Of a stretch of DNA of 64,000 bases, positions 41,301 to 52,300 are shown one piece after another. The notes under the pieces were generated by a model, which was given only the letters and a program-made list of their open reading frames with translations, did no database searches and was not told the origin of the DNA. The stretch spans positions 3,328,001 to 3,392,000 of the forward strand of contig OX638351.1 in the NCBI GenBank assembly GCA_951813565.1, written 5' to 3'. Position numbers and translations under genes: made by a program. Each line of letters begins with the position of its first letter. Within the stretch, counting starts at the first letter, position 1. This stretch comes from an uncultured Poribacteria bacterium. GTDB taxonomy: Bacteria; Poribacteria; WGA-4E; WGA-3G.

Positions 41301-42704
41301 GTGAATTTAAATCTTCAACTTACAACGCAAACCAAAATTTTGATTGGTGTTCTGGCAGTTGTCCTGATTGCTGCAGTTGCAACACAATGGGGCCCTGGGT
41401 TATACGGTTCGTTTTCTAATAAAGAAATGAAAAACAAGCAGCAAACCCTGCAGACATCTAAAGATTTGGTAGCGGCATCAGAAATTCTGAAACCGATTGA
41501 AACCGATTTGTATCAGAAAACAGGACTTTCTGACGAGGAAAAAACTACGACTATTTTTGATGGGGCTTATGCTGAAACGGTTATCCGTGAGAAAATTGAC
41601 GCAATCGTGAAAAAAGCTGGCATTCCACAAAATTATCAGTTGAATCTGGAACAAGTCCCAGGCAAAAAATCAGAGAAAATATCAACTCAGGCACGTCGAA
41701 ACCTTGTTGTTTATTTTTATCAGAAGAAATTGGAAACAGAGCGAGATGTCCTCAAAGACGAAATTGAGGCTGAATTCCAAGATGAATTTGAATTTGAAGA
41801 AGAAGTTGGTGTTGATGAAGCATCTATGGATATGTTGATGGCGGCATGGCTGGACGAAACAGACGAGGATGACGCCGAAACACCAAAAGAATCTGAAAAG
41901 CCTGAAAAAAATAAAGGTGATTCTGAGAAACTATCCGATGAAGATCAAGATGATTCCGAGAAACTATCTAAGGTAAAAATAGACGAGGATGACGCCGAAA
42001 CACCAAAAGAATCTGAAAAGCCTGAAAAAAATAAAGATGGGGCTGAGAAGCTATCTAAGGTAAAAACAGACGAGGATGCCGAAATACAGCAAAAACCGCA
42101 AGAGTCCTACAAGAATCAAAACGATTCGGAAAATTCGATGAATACTGAATCCCAATGGGGATTCGCATCAATGCCAGAATCTATACCGAGTTCAATGCGG
42201 CTTGAACTCATTGAACTTATTATTTCAATGATAGAGCAGCATCTTGTAGGTGCGGAAAAAACACTGTTTGAAAACGAATTCTATGAGATACAAAAACAGG
42301 CGGCCTCTGGGTTTTTTGGCATTGGTGCTAAAAAACCTAAAAACGAGATTAACTTTAATCCAAATAGCCAGATTTTAACCAAGTTCACAGGACTTATTAA
42401 GACTTATGGGGAAAGATTGGACGAGGAAACAGCCACGACAGAACTTCTTAAATATCTTGAACGGATTCAATCACAAATTGCAGAACTTTCCCAAAAGTTA
42501 CAAATGGCTCCCACTTCCTATTTACCTGAAAGTTATACCGTAAAAATGAAATTTAAAGCGGAAATTGATAAACTCGTTAACTTAAATCGACTCATTGAAA
42601 CAACAACTAAATGGTTGATGGTAAGAGATCTTCAAATTTCCGTTGACAACAAAGACAATAAAATAAATGTGGATGTGCTAATGATTGCGAGGGTCTATCA
42701 ATGA
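41301..42704 (+). CDS. GspM/PilO-like protein with a large acidic repetitive insertion
   Basis: N-terminal TM segment; C-terminal ferredoxin-like 'YTVKMKFKA...LIE...LMVRDLQIS'; lies between the pilM-like gene and the secretins. Confidence 0.55.
   Translation: MNLNLQLTTQTKILIGVLAVVLIAAVATQWGPGLYGSFSNKEMKNKQQTLQTSKDLVAASEILKPIETDLYQKTGLSDEEKTTTIFDGAYAETVIREKIDAIVKKAGIPQNYQLNLEQVPGKKSEKISTQARRNLVVYFYQKKLETERDVLKDEIEAEFQDEFEFEEEVGVDEASMDMLMAAWLDETDEDDAETPKESEKPEKNKGDSEKLSDEDQDDSEKLSKVKIDEDDAETPKESEKPEKNKDGAEKLSKVKTDEDAEIQQKPQESYKNQNDSENSMNTESQWGFASMPESIPSSMRLELIELIISMIEQHLVGAEKTLFENEFYEIQKQAASGFFGIGAKKPKNEINFNPNSQILTKFTGLIKTYGERLDEETATTELLKYLERIQSQIAELSQKLQMAPTSYLPESYTVKMKFKAEIDKLVNLNRLIETTTKWLMVRDLQISVDNKDNKINVDVLMIARVYQ
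41861..42078 (+). repeat. Intragenic duplication encoding DEDDAETPKESEKPEKNK
   Basis: 41861-41916 is repeated at 41981-42036 (120-nt period), with a partial third copy. Confidence 0.85.
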
Positions 42705-45700
42705 CAAAAATGTGTGATAGTTTGGCGTTCCGTTTATCGGGACAAAACCGTAAAATCTGCTTAGTTTTTCTGGTGTGTTTCGGCTTACTCTTCTTAATGC
42801 AAGGAGATTTGTCCGCGCAACAGCAGGGACAAATGGAAGTCGCAGAAAGAGACGAAGCTACTGGTAGAGCAATACGTTTTAACTTCAACTTTACAAGCCG
42901 GGAACTCAAAAACGTATTTGAGTGGTTGGCCCGTGAAACCGACCTCACCATTATCGCAAGCGAAAGCGATATCCAAGGCAAACCTTTCTCATTGATTAAC
43001 CTCAATAATGTCACACTTGATGAAGTCATTGAGCATATCAAGACTGTGCTTGCACAATATAATTTGACATTTGTTCGTGTTAATAGCACTCTCCTTATCA
43101 CAACGTTTGAAAAAGCGACTGTAATGAATGTTCCAGTAAAGATTATCCAAGCGGATCCGGAACAGGTTGAAATGACAGATGAGATCCAGACTTACATTAT
43201 CCAGTTGGAAAATGCGTCTGCCTCGGAACAAGCGGGTGTTCTAAAACCTTTGTTGAACAAACAAGCAAACATCTTCGCTGATGCGATGACCAATGCGCTT
43301 GTCATTACTGATGTTGCTTCAAACGTTCATAGAATTGTGTCTATTTTACAATTTGCTGATGAAGGTGAACGTTTCCCCTTAAAAATTACTATTGTCCCTT
43401 TATCCTATGCCGACGCTACTTCTGTAGCACAAACCCTCACAAATGTTTTTGAGGATAATGAAGAAGATGCCAAATCGGCAACAGGTCCAACGGGTATTGA
43501 CCCTGAACAGATCAAGCAAGCGATTGAACAAGGCTTAGGTGTAGAGTTGATTGATGGCATAGTTAAGGTTTATGCGGATACCAACTCTAATTCTCTCATT
43601 ATTAAAGCCACCGAAGAAAACCTTATTATTCTAAAAGAAATTATCCGTCATCTTGATAAAGCGCCAACACTTCAGACAGAAATCCGAACCTTTCGTCTCA
43701 ATTATGCTTCAGCGGAGGAGGTTGCGACAACGCTTGAAGAGATCATCACCGGTGAAAGCGGCCAAGGTGGTGGTAGAAGAAGTTTCGACAGAGAGGATAT
43801 GTTGGAAATGCTTTATGATCGACGTAGGCGAGGGGATACAGGTGATCTCTTTCAAGGCATTGTCGGATTGGTAAACATCTCACGGAGTGATCGCTTAAAC
43901 ATTGTCGTTATTTCATCAGATCCACGCAACTTTCCAATTATAGAAAAGCTTATCAATGAACTGGATCAGGAACAGACACAGGAAGAGATCAAGATGTATT
44001 TCCTGCAATTTGCAAACGCAGAAACACTCTCCACGAATTTAGAAGATTTGTTTGAAGGGGGAGGCGGTGGAGATGATGATGATCGTCCTTGGTGGGACCG
44101 GGGGCGAAGAGAAAGTGAATCAACTGATGCTGGTGGATTTGGTGTTCAAGGTGAAGTGCATATCGTCTTTGATGCGCGACTCAACGCATTACTGATTTCA
44201 ACCGCTTCACAGAATTTTCCCATGATAGACAAAATAATCAACGACCTTGATGTTAGCATGCCTGAACAGGAATGGGGTACTCGTATCTTTTATCTCAAAT
44301 ATGCTGACGCAGAAAATGTCGCCAATCTATTGAATGAACACTACGGTGGGAATTCCGGTAGCAGTAGTAGGAGCAGGTTTGATGATTTTTGGTGGGTTCG
44401 TGGTCGGAGTTCCTCATCTTCTGGTGCACAGACACAAGGTTCTCTTGCTGGTAATGTTACCGCTCAACCTTTCCCCAATCTAAATGCGGTTATCATATCT
44501 ACAGGCACTAAACGCAACTTTGAAATGATTGACGAGTTTATCAAACAAATTGACGTGCCTACACCACCGGAACAGGTAGAAGTTACTGAGACAATACGTC
44601 TTGAATATGCGACCGCAGATTCGATTGCACAAATACTTGCACAAGTGTGGCAAGACGCACAGGCAGAGGATGAAGGTTTTGGTTTTAGTAGATTCTTCCG
44701 ATCATCCTTTGAGGAAGACGAACCGGCGGATGTCAATTCGTTACACGGGAAGGTGACAGTCTTTGCGGATCCAGATACGAATTCGCTTATTGTCACAACT
44801 CGGCGCCGCTATCTTGAACAGGTTAGATTTCTTATCAAACAGCTTGATTTTGTTCGCGGACAGGTATGGATTGATATAAAGATTCTTGAGGTTACGCTTG
44901 ATGAAACTACAAAACTCGGTATAGAGCTTACCGCTAATGAAAAGGGAGTTGGCGGCATTGAACTTGGTCCAGGCAATCCGCTTATTGGAGACACAGATGC
45001 TGAACTCGGTCTGGAACAAGAAATCTCTGGATTTACCTATGGTTTGGCAACTAAAGAGTATATGGCACTCCTGCACACACTTATCCGTGAAAATAAAGTT
45101 CAAACGCTTTCAACACCATCTCTTTTAACCCGTGATAGTCGTTCTGCTACATGGAGTAGTGGACGGCGCATTCCATACCTCCAGAGTGTGGATACTAATA
45201 GCATACTTGGGGATACAGCAACACAACCACTCTTCAATTACGATTTTATTGATCCACCCGTCGGTATTAACATTGACCTCACGCCTTATATCGCAAGGTC
45301 TCAAGTGGGAGAAGACGGGAAACGGACAATCGGTTTAGATATTACGAATATCAGTGCCAGCAACTTTATTGAATTTACCGATTTTAACGCACCGATAACA
45401 GATGATAATGCCCTCAGCGTCTATATTGATGTTGAAGACGGACAACGACTCATCGTCGGTGGTATTATTCGCAAAAAACAGAAACAGGTTGAAAACAAAG
45501 TTCCTGTCCTCGGTGATATTCCTTTACTTGGAAGACTATTCAAAAGCACCGAAACCGAAGTACAAGATACAGAGATTGTCTTCATTATTACGCCTCATAT
45601 CGTGGACATTCAGAATCCGGAAGACTTAGAAAAGTTGAAGCAGAAAGCTGACAACTGGCAAAGTAATGGAATGAACGATTTAGAGGATTCCAGCAACTAA
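42701..45700 (+). CDS. gspD: T2SS secretin, copy 1 (six NolW/N3-type domains)
   Basis: N0 domain, repeated 'L.YA.A' N-domains, 'QVWIDIKILEV', 'KVPVLGDIPLLGRLFKS', 'FIITPHIV'. Confidence 0.9.
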   Translation: MTKMCDSLAFRLSGQNRKICLVFLVCFGLLFLMQGDLSAQQQGQMEVAERDEATGRAIRFNFNFTSRELKNVFEWLARETDLTIIASESDIQGKPFSLINLNNVTLDEVIEHIKTVLAQYNLTFVRVNSTLLITTFEKATVMNVPVKIIQADPEQVEMTDEIQTYIIQLENASASEQAGVLKPLLNKQANIFADAMTNALVITDVASNVHRIVSILQFADEGERFPLKITIVPLSYADATSVAQTLTNVFEDNEEDAKSATGPTGIDPEQIKQAIEQGLGVELIDGIVKVYADTNSNSLIIKATEENLIILKEIIRHLDKAPTLQTEIRTFRLNYASAEEVATTLEEIITGESGQGGGRRSFDREDMLEMLYDRRRRGDTGDLFQGIVGLVNISRSDRLNIVVISSDPRNFPIIEKLINELDQEQTQEEIKMYFLQFANAETLSTNLEDLFEGGGGGDDDDRPWWDRGRRESESTDAGGFGVQGEVHIVFDARLNALLISTASQNFPMIDKIINDLDVSMPEQEWGTRIFYLKYADAENVANLLNEHYGGNSGSSSRSRFDDFWWVRGRSSSSSGAQTQGSLAGNVTAQPFPNLNAVIISTGTKRNFEMIDEFIKQIDVPTPPEQVEVTETIRLEYATADSIAQILAQVWQDAQAEDEGFGFSRFFRSSFEEDEPADVNSLHGKVTVFADPDTNSLIVTTRRRYLEQVRFLIKQLDFVRGQVWIDIKILEVTLDETTKLGIELTANEKGVGGIELGPGNPLIGDTDAELGLEQEISGFTYGLATKEYMALLHTLIRENKVQTLSTPSLLTRDSRSATWSSGRRIPYLQSVDTNSILGDTATQPLFNYDFIDPPVGINIDLTPYIARSQVGEDGKRTIGLDITNISASNFIEFTDFNAPITDDNALSVYIDVEDGQRLIVGGIIRKKQKQVENKVPVLGDIPLLGRLFKSTETEVQDTEIVFIITPHIVDIQNPEDLEKLKQKADNWQSNGMNDLEDSSN

Positions 45701-45804
45701 TTGTAAAATTCTATTGAATTCCTTTCTTTAGTGTAGATATACACGCAGTCGTGCATCTAAACGCATTGATGGAGATTGATATCTGTTTTCAGAAAAAATA
45801 ACTG

Positions 45805-48800
45805 TTGACCTTGAATGATTACGAGGCATTGTCAATGATAAAAAAATATAGTAACTTGCTGCGCGCGTTATCGGGACAAAAACGCAATATCTGCTTAGTT
45901 TTTCTGATGTGTTTCGGCTTGCTCTTCTTAATACAAGGAGATTTGTTCGCGCAACAACAGGGACAAATGGAAGTCGCAGAAAGAGACGAAGCTACCGGTA
46001 GGGCAATACGTTTCAACTTCAACTTTACAAGCCGGGAACTCAAGAACGTGTTTGAGTGGTTGGCCCGTGAAACCGACCTCACCATTATCGCAAGCGAAAG
46101 CGATATCCAAGGCAAACCCTTCTCATTGATTAACCTCAATAATGTCACACTTGATGAAGTCATTGAGCATATCAAGACTGTGCTTGCACAATATAATTTA
46201 ACCTTTGTTCGTGTTAATAGCACTCTCCTTATCACAACGTTTGAAAAAGCGACTGTAATGAATGTTCCAGTGAAGATTATCCAAGCGGATCCGGAACAGG
46301 TTGAAATGACAGATGAGATTCAGACTTACATTATCCAGTTGGAAAATGCGTCTGCCTCAGATCAAGTTGGCACTCTAAAACCTTTATTGAACAGACAAGC
46401 GAATATTTTTGCGGATGCGATGACGAATGCACTTGTCATTACTGATGTTTCTTCAAACGTCCGCAGAATTGTGTCCATTTTACAATTCGCTGATGAAGGT
46501 GAACGTTTCCCCTTAAAGATTACTATTGTTCCACTTACCTATGCGGATGCTCAAGCAGTTGCACAGACACTCACGAGGGTCTTTGAGGATAACAAAGAAG
46601 ATACCAAATCAGCAACAGGTCCAACGGGTATTGACCCTGAACAGATCAAGCAAGCGATTGAACAAGGCTTAGGTGTAGAGTTGATTGATGGCATGATTAA
46701 GGTCTATGCTGATGTTAATTCTAACTCGCTTGTTCTAAAAGCGACTGAAGAAAACCTTATTATTCTAAAAGAAATCATTCGTCATCTTGATAGAGTCCCA
46801 ACGCTTCAGACAGAAATCCGAACCTATCATCTCAACTATGCTTCAGCGGAGGATGTTGCTACAACGCTTGAAGAGGTTATCACCGGTGAAAGCAGCCAAA
46901 ATTCTGGAAGTTTTGGTAGGTGGGATGCTGAGAAAATGCGCGCATTTCGACGGGAAAGAGGTGACACAAGTAGTCTCTACCAAGGGATTGTTGGAACGGT
47001 AAATGTCTCACGGAATGATCGCTTAAACATTGTCGTTGTTTCGTCAGATCCACGCAATTTTAGCATTATTGAGAAGATAATCAATGAGTTAGATCAGGAG
47101 CAAACACAGGAAGAAATCAAGATGTATTTCCTTGAGTTCGCAAATGCTGAAACACTCTCCACGAATCTACAAAACCTGTTCGAAGGGGGAAGTGGTGGAG
47201 ATGACGATCGGCCTTGGTGGGACAGAGGGCGAAGTGATAGTAGATCAACTGATGGTGGCGGATTTGGTGTTCAAGGTGAAGTGCATATCGTTTTTGATGC
47301 GCGCCTCAATGCCTTGCTGATCTCAACCGCTTCACAGAACTTTCCCATGATAGAGAAAATAATCAACGACCTTGATGTTAGCATGCCTGAACAGGAATGG
47401 GGTACCCGTATCTTTTATCTTAAATATGCTGACGCAGACAATGTCGCCAATCTATTGAATGCACACTACGGTGGAAACGCCAGTAGCAACAACCGGTCCA
47501 ATGATTTCTGGTGGGTTCGCAGTCGGAGTTCCTCATCTTCTGGTGCACAGACACAAGGTTCTCTTGCTGGTAATGTTACCGCTCAACCTTTCCCCAATCT
47601 AAATGCGGTTATCATATCTACAGGCACAAAGCGCAACTTTGACATGATTGATGAGTTTATCAAACAAATTGACGTGCCTACGCCACCGGAACAGGTAGAA
47701 GTTACTGAGACAATTCGACTTGAATATGCGACCGCAGAGTCTATTGCACAAATACTTGCACAAGTGTGGCAAGACCAGCAAGGACAAGACGATGAGTTTG
47801 GTTTTGTTATATTTGTCCGATCAAACAGCGACCCCAGCGACGAACCGACGGACATCAATTCATTGCACGGGAAGGTGACAGTCTTTGCGGATCCGGATAC
47901 AAACTCGCTTATTGTCACAACTCGACGCCGCTATCTTGACCAAGTTAAAGCGCTAATTAAACAGCTTGATTTTGTTCGTGGACAGGTATGGATTGATATA
48001 AAGATTCTTGAGGTTACGCTTGATGAAACTACAAAACTCGGTATAGAAATGTCCGCTAATGAAAGGAAACTTGGCGGTATTGAACTTGCTTCAGGTAATC
48101 CGCTTGTTGGAGATACAAATGCTGAACTCGGTCTGGAGCAGGAGATATCGGGATTTAACTATAGTCTGGCAACTAAAGAGTATATGGCACTACTTCATAC
48201 CCTTATCCGTGAAAATAAGGTCAAAACCATCTCGAATCCAACGCTTATGACACGCGATAGTAAAGCTGCTATATGGAGTAGTGGACGGCGCATTCCATTT
48301 CTTCAAAGCGTTGATACCAATAGTATCCTTGGAGACACCGCTACTCAGCCACTCTTCAACTACGATTTTATTGATCCACCCGTCGGCATCAACATTGAAC
48401 TCACGCCTTATATTGCTAAATCCCAAGCGGGAGAAGATGGGAAGCGGACAATTGGCTTAGCCATTACGAATATCAGTGCCAGCAACTTCATTGAATTTAC
48501 CGATTTTAACGCACCGATTACGGAAGATAACTCTATTAGTGTTGTTATTGACGTTGAAGATGGTCAGAAGCTTATTATCGGTGGCATTATTCGCAAAAAA
48601 CAGAAACAAGTTGAAAGCAAAGTTCCAATCCTCGGTGATATTCCTTTACTTGGAAGGCTATTCAAAAGCACCGAAACCGCAGTTGAAGATACTGAGATTG
48701 TCTTTATTATTACGCCTCACATCGTGGATATTCAGAATCCGGAAGATTTAGAAAAGTTGAAGCAGAGAGCTGACAACTGGCAAAATAATGGAATAAACGA

Positions 48801-48822
48801 TTTAGAGGATTCCAGCAACTAA
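45805..48822 (+). CDS. gspD: T2SS secretin, copy 2
   Basis: Same architecture, with long stretches identical to copy 1. The start may be ATG 45835. Confidence 0.9.
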   Translation: MTLNDYEALSMIKKYSNLLRALSGQKRNICLVFLMCFGLLFLIQGDLFAQQQGQMEVAERDEATGRAIRFNFNFTSRELKNVFEWLARETDLTIIASESDIQGKPFSLINLNNVTLDEVIEHIKTVLAQYNLTFVRVNSTLLITTFEKATVMNVPVKIIQADPEQVEMTDEIQTYIIQLENASASDQVGTLKPLLNRQANIFADAMTNALVITDVSSNVRRIVSILQFADEGERFPLKITIVPLTYADAQAVAQTLTRVFEDNKEDTKSATGPTGIDPEQIKQAIEQGLGVELIDGMIKVYADVNSNSLVLKATEENLIILKEIIRHLDRVPTLQTEIRTYHLNYASAEDVATTLEEVITGESSQNSGSFGRWDAEKMRAFRRERGDTSSLYQGIVGTVNVSRNDRLNIVVVSSDPRNFSIIEKIINELDQEQTQEEIKMYFLEFANAETLSTNLQNLFEGGSGGDDDRPWWDRGRSDSRSTDGGGFGVQGEVHIVFDARLNALLISTASQNFPMIEKIINDLDVSMPEQEWGTRIFYLKYADADNVANLLNAHYGGNASSNNRSNDFWWVRSRSSSSSGAQTQGSLAGNVTAQPFPNLNAVIISTGTKRNFDMIDEFIKQIDVPTPPEQVEVTETIRLEYATAESIAQILAQVWQDQQGQDDEFGFVIFVRSNSDPSDEPTDINSLHGKVTVFADPDTNSLIVTTRRRYLDQVKALIKQLDFVRGQVWIDIKILEVTLDETTKLGIEMSANERKLGGIELASGNPLVGDTNAELGLEQEISGFNYSLATKEYMALLHTLIRENKVKTISNPTLMTRDSKAAIWSSGRRIPFLQSVDTNSILGDTATQPLFNYDFIDPPVGINIELTPYIAKSQAGEDGKRTIGLAITNISASNFIEFTDFNAPITEDNSISVVIDVEDGQKLIIGGIIRKKQKQVESKVPILGDIPLLGRLFKSTETAVEDTEIVFIITPHIVDIQNPEDLEKLKQRADNWQNNGINDLEDSSN

Positions 48823-48876
48823 TCGTAAAATTCACTTGAATCCCCCTTAGTTTTTATATATATACTTAATTATCTT

Positions 48877-49221
48877 GAGGGGTGTGTATAAATATTTGGC
48901 GCATTAACACAGACAGGGACAGACGCCAGGTGCCGCTTGATTTATAGAAATGCGTTTGTAGTCGCGCAATTCATTGCCAAATCAACGCAGCATGCGCCAA
49001 ATCAAGAAATCAACGGTATGAATCATGGCGAATCATGTAGAATACCAAAAGCGTATTCTACCAAGCACATTCGTCTTTAGTCATTCACCGGGTCCGAATG
49101 CCTTATGGCATTCCCCGTGTGGCATGCTGCGCCTCTTTGAACTTGTGGACGGAAACCCACGGCGTGTGCCTATTACCTTTAAGCGCATATTTAACATCGG
49201 AATTATTTATGCACACCCCTC
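48877..49221. mobile_element. MITE family B, 345 bp, copy 2
   Basis: Near-identical to 17682-18026; flanks AATTATCTT / AATTGTCTT. Confidence 0.9.
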
Positions 49222-49331
49222 AATTGTCTTCTAAACTCATTGATGGGCGTTGATACCTATTTTCATATCTGAATGCTGTGGTGTTGAAACTTAATCTTGA
49301 GTATTTCAAACGCACACAACTGAATAAGTAA

Positions 49332-52300
49332 GTGTTGTGTTCTAATCATTACGAGACATTGTCAATGATAAAAAAATATAGTAACTTACTGCTCGCTTCA
49401 TCAAAACAAAATCGCAATATCTGCTCAGCTTTTCTGGTGTGTTTCGGCTTACTCTTCTTAATGCAAGGAGATTTGTCCGCGCAACAGCAGGGACAAATGG
49501 AAGTCGCAGAAAGAGACGAAGCTACTGGTAGAGCAATACGTTTCAACTTCAACTTTACAAGCCGGGAACTCAAGAACGTGTTTGAGTGGTTGGCCCGTGA
49601 AACCGACCTCACCATTATCGCAAGCGAAAGCGATATCCAAGGCAAACCTTTCTCACTGATTAACCTCAATAATGTCACACTTGATGAAGTTATTGAGCAT
49701 ATCAAGACTGTGCTTGCACAATATAATTTGACATTTGTTCGTGTTAATAGCACCCTCCTTATCACAACGTTTGATAAAGCGACTGTAATGAATGTTCCAG
49801 TGAAGATTATCCAAGCGGATCCGGAACAGGTTGAAATGACAGATGAGATCCAGACTTACATTATCCAGTTGGAAAATGCGTCTGCCTCGGAACAAGTTGG
49901 CGTTCTAAAACCTTTATTGAACAGACAAGCAAACATTTTTGCTGATGCGATGACAAATTCACTTGTTATTACCGATGTTGCTTCAAATGTGCATAGGATC
50001 GTCTCCATTCTCGAATTCGCTGATGAAGGTGAACGTTTCCCCTTAAAGATTACTATTGTTCCACTTACTTATGCGGATGCTGAAGCAGTGGCACAGACAC
50101 TCACAAGGGTCTTTGAGGATAACAAAGAAGATGCCAAGTCAGCAAGAGGGCAAACAGGTATTGACCCTGAACAGATCAAGCAAGCGATTGAACAAAGCTT
50201 AGGTGTAGAGTTGATTGATGGCATGATTAAGGTTTATGCTGATGCTAATTCTAATTCGCTTGTTCTTAAAGCGACCGAAGAAAACCTTGTTATTCTAAAA
50301 GAACTCATCCGTCATCTTGATAGAGCTCCAACGCTTCAGACAGAAATTCGAACCTATAGTCTCAAATATGCTTCAGCGGAGGATGTTGCTACAACGCTTG
50401 AAGAGATTATTATAGGTGAAAGTGGGCAGAGTACGGGAAGCGATGACAGGTGGATAGCTGAGAAAATTCGCGCATCTCGACGGGAAAGAGGTGAAGCAAG
50501 TAATCTCTACCAAGGGATTGTTGGAACGGTAAATATCTCACGCAATGATCGCTTAAACATTGTCGTTGTTTCGTCAGACACACGCAACTTCTCAATTATA
50601 GAAAAGCTCATCAATGAACTGGATCAGGAGCAAACGCAGGAAGAAATGAGGATGTACCTTCTTGAATTTGCAAAAGCTGAAGCGCTTGCCGCAAACATGA
50701 AAGACCTATTTGAAGGTGGTAGTGCCGGACAAGATAGAAATCGTCCGTGGTGGGATAGAAGAGATCGTGAACCGACAGAAAATGCTGGTTTCGGTGTGCA
50801 AGGAGCGGTACATATCGTCACTGATGGGCGACTCAACGCACTGCTAATCTCAACCGCTTCACAGAATTTTCCCCTGATTGAAGACTTAATCAATAGAATT
50901 GATGTTAACCTACCTGAACAAGAATGGAGCACGCGAATCTATAAAATTAAATATGTTGAAGCTGAAAGTGTCGCCACTCTGTTGAACACAGTCTACAAAG
51001 GTCAAATCAATATCGGTGGGAACCGCGCTAATTACTATTCCCTTTCCTATTATCTTCGCAGTCGAGAATTAGTACCGGATGAAGTACAAGGCACGCTTTC
51101 CAGCATGACTTATGCAGAGCCTTATCCGAATCTCAATGCCGTTATGGTATCTACGGGGACAAATCGCAACTTTGAACTCATTGAAGAATTCATTAGACAA
51201 ATTGACATACCTACACCCGAACACCATAGAGAGGTTACGGAGTCAATTCGCCTTGAATATGCAACCGCAGAGAATATTGCCCCAATACTCTCACAAGTGT
51301 GGCAAGATCCACAAAGTGAAGATCAGGGATTTAGTTTTAGTAGATTTTTCCGTTCATCCTCTGAGGAAAGCGAACCGACAGACATCAGTTCTTTATACGG
51401 CAAAGTTACTGTCTTTGCGGATCCGGATACGAACTCGCTCGTTGTTACAACTCGACGCCGCTATCTTGAACAAGTGCGAGCCCTGATTAAAAAACTTGAT
51501 TTTGTGCGTGGACAGGTATGGATTGATATAAAGATTCTTGAGGTTACGCTTGATGAAACCACAAAACTCGGTGTAGAAGCGGCTGCGAAAGAAAAGAAAC
51601 TTGGTGGAATTGATCTTAGTCCAAGTAATCCGCTTGTTGGGGAAGCAGATGCTGAACTCGGTTTGGAACAGGAGATCTCTGGGTTTAACTATAGTCTGGC
51701 AACCAAAGAGTATATGGCACTTCTCTACACTCTTATCCGCCAAAATAAGGTCAAAACGATCTCAACGCCATCGCTTTTGACACGCGATAGCAAAGCTGCG
51801 ACTTGGAGTAGTGGACGGCGCATTCCATTTTTACAAAGCGTTGATACCAACAGTATCCTTGGAGACACGGCTACTCAGCCACTTTTCAACTACGATTTTA
51901 TTGATCCACCCGTGGGAATTAACATCGTCCTGACACCTTATATTACAAAATCACAGGTTGGAGAAGATGGGAAACGGACAATTGGCTTAGACATTACGAA
52001 CATCAGTGCCAGCAACTTCATTGAATTTACCGATTTTAACGCACCGATAACAGATGATAACGTTCTCAGTGTCTATATTGATGTTGAAGATGGACAAAAA
52101 CTCATCGTCGGTGGTATCATTCGTAAGAAACAGAAACAGGTTGAAAACAAAGTTCCTATCCTCGGTGATATTCCTTTACTCGGAAGGCTATTCAAAAGCA
52201 CCGAAACCGAAGTGCAAGATACAGAGATTGTCTTCATTATTACGCCTCATATCGTGGATATTCAGAATCCGGAAGACTTAGAAAAGTTGAAGCAGAAAGC

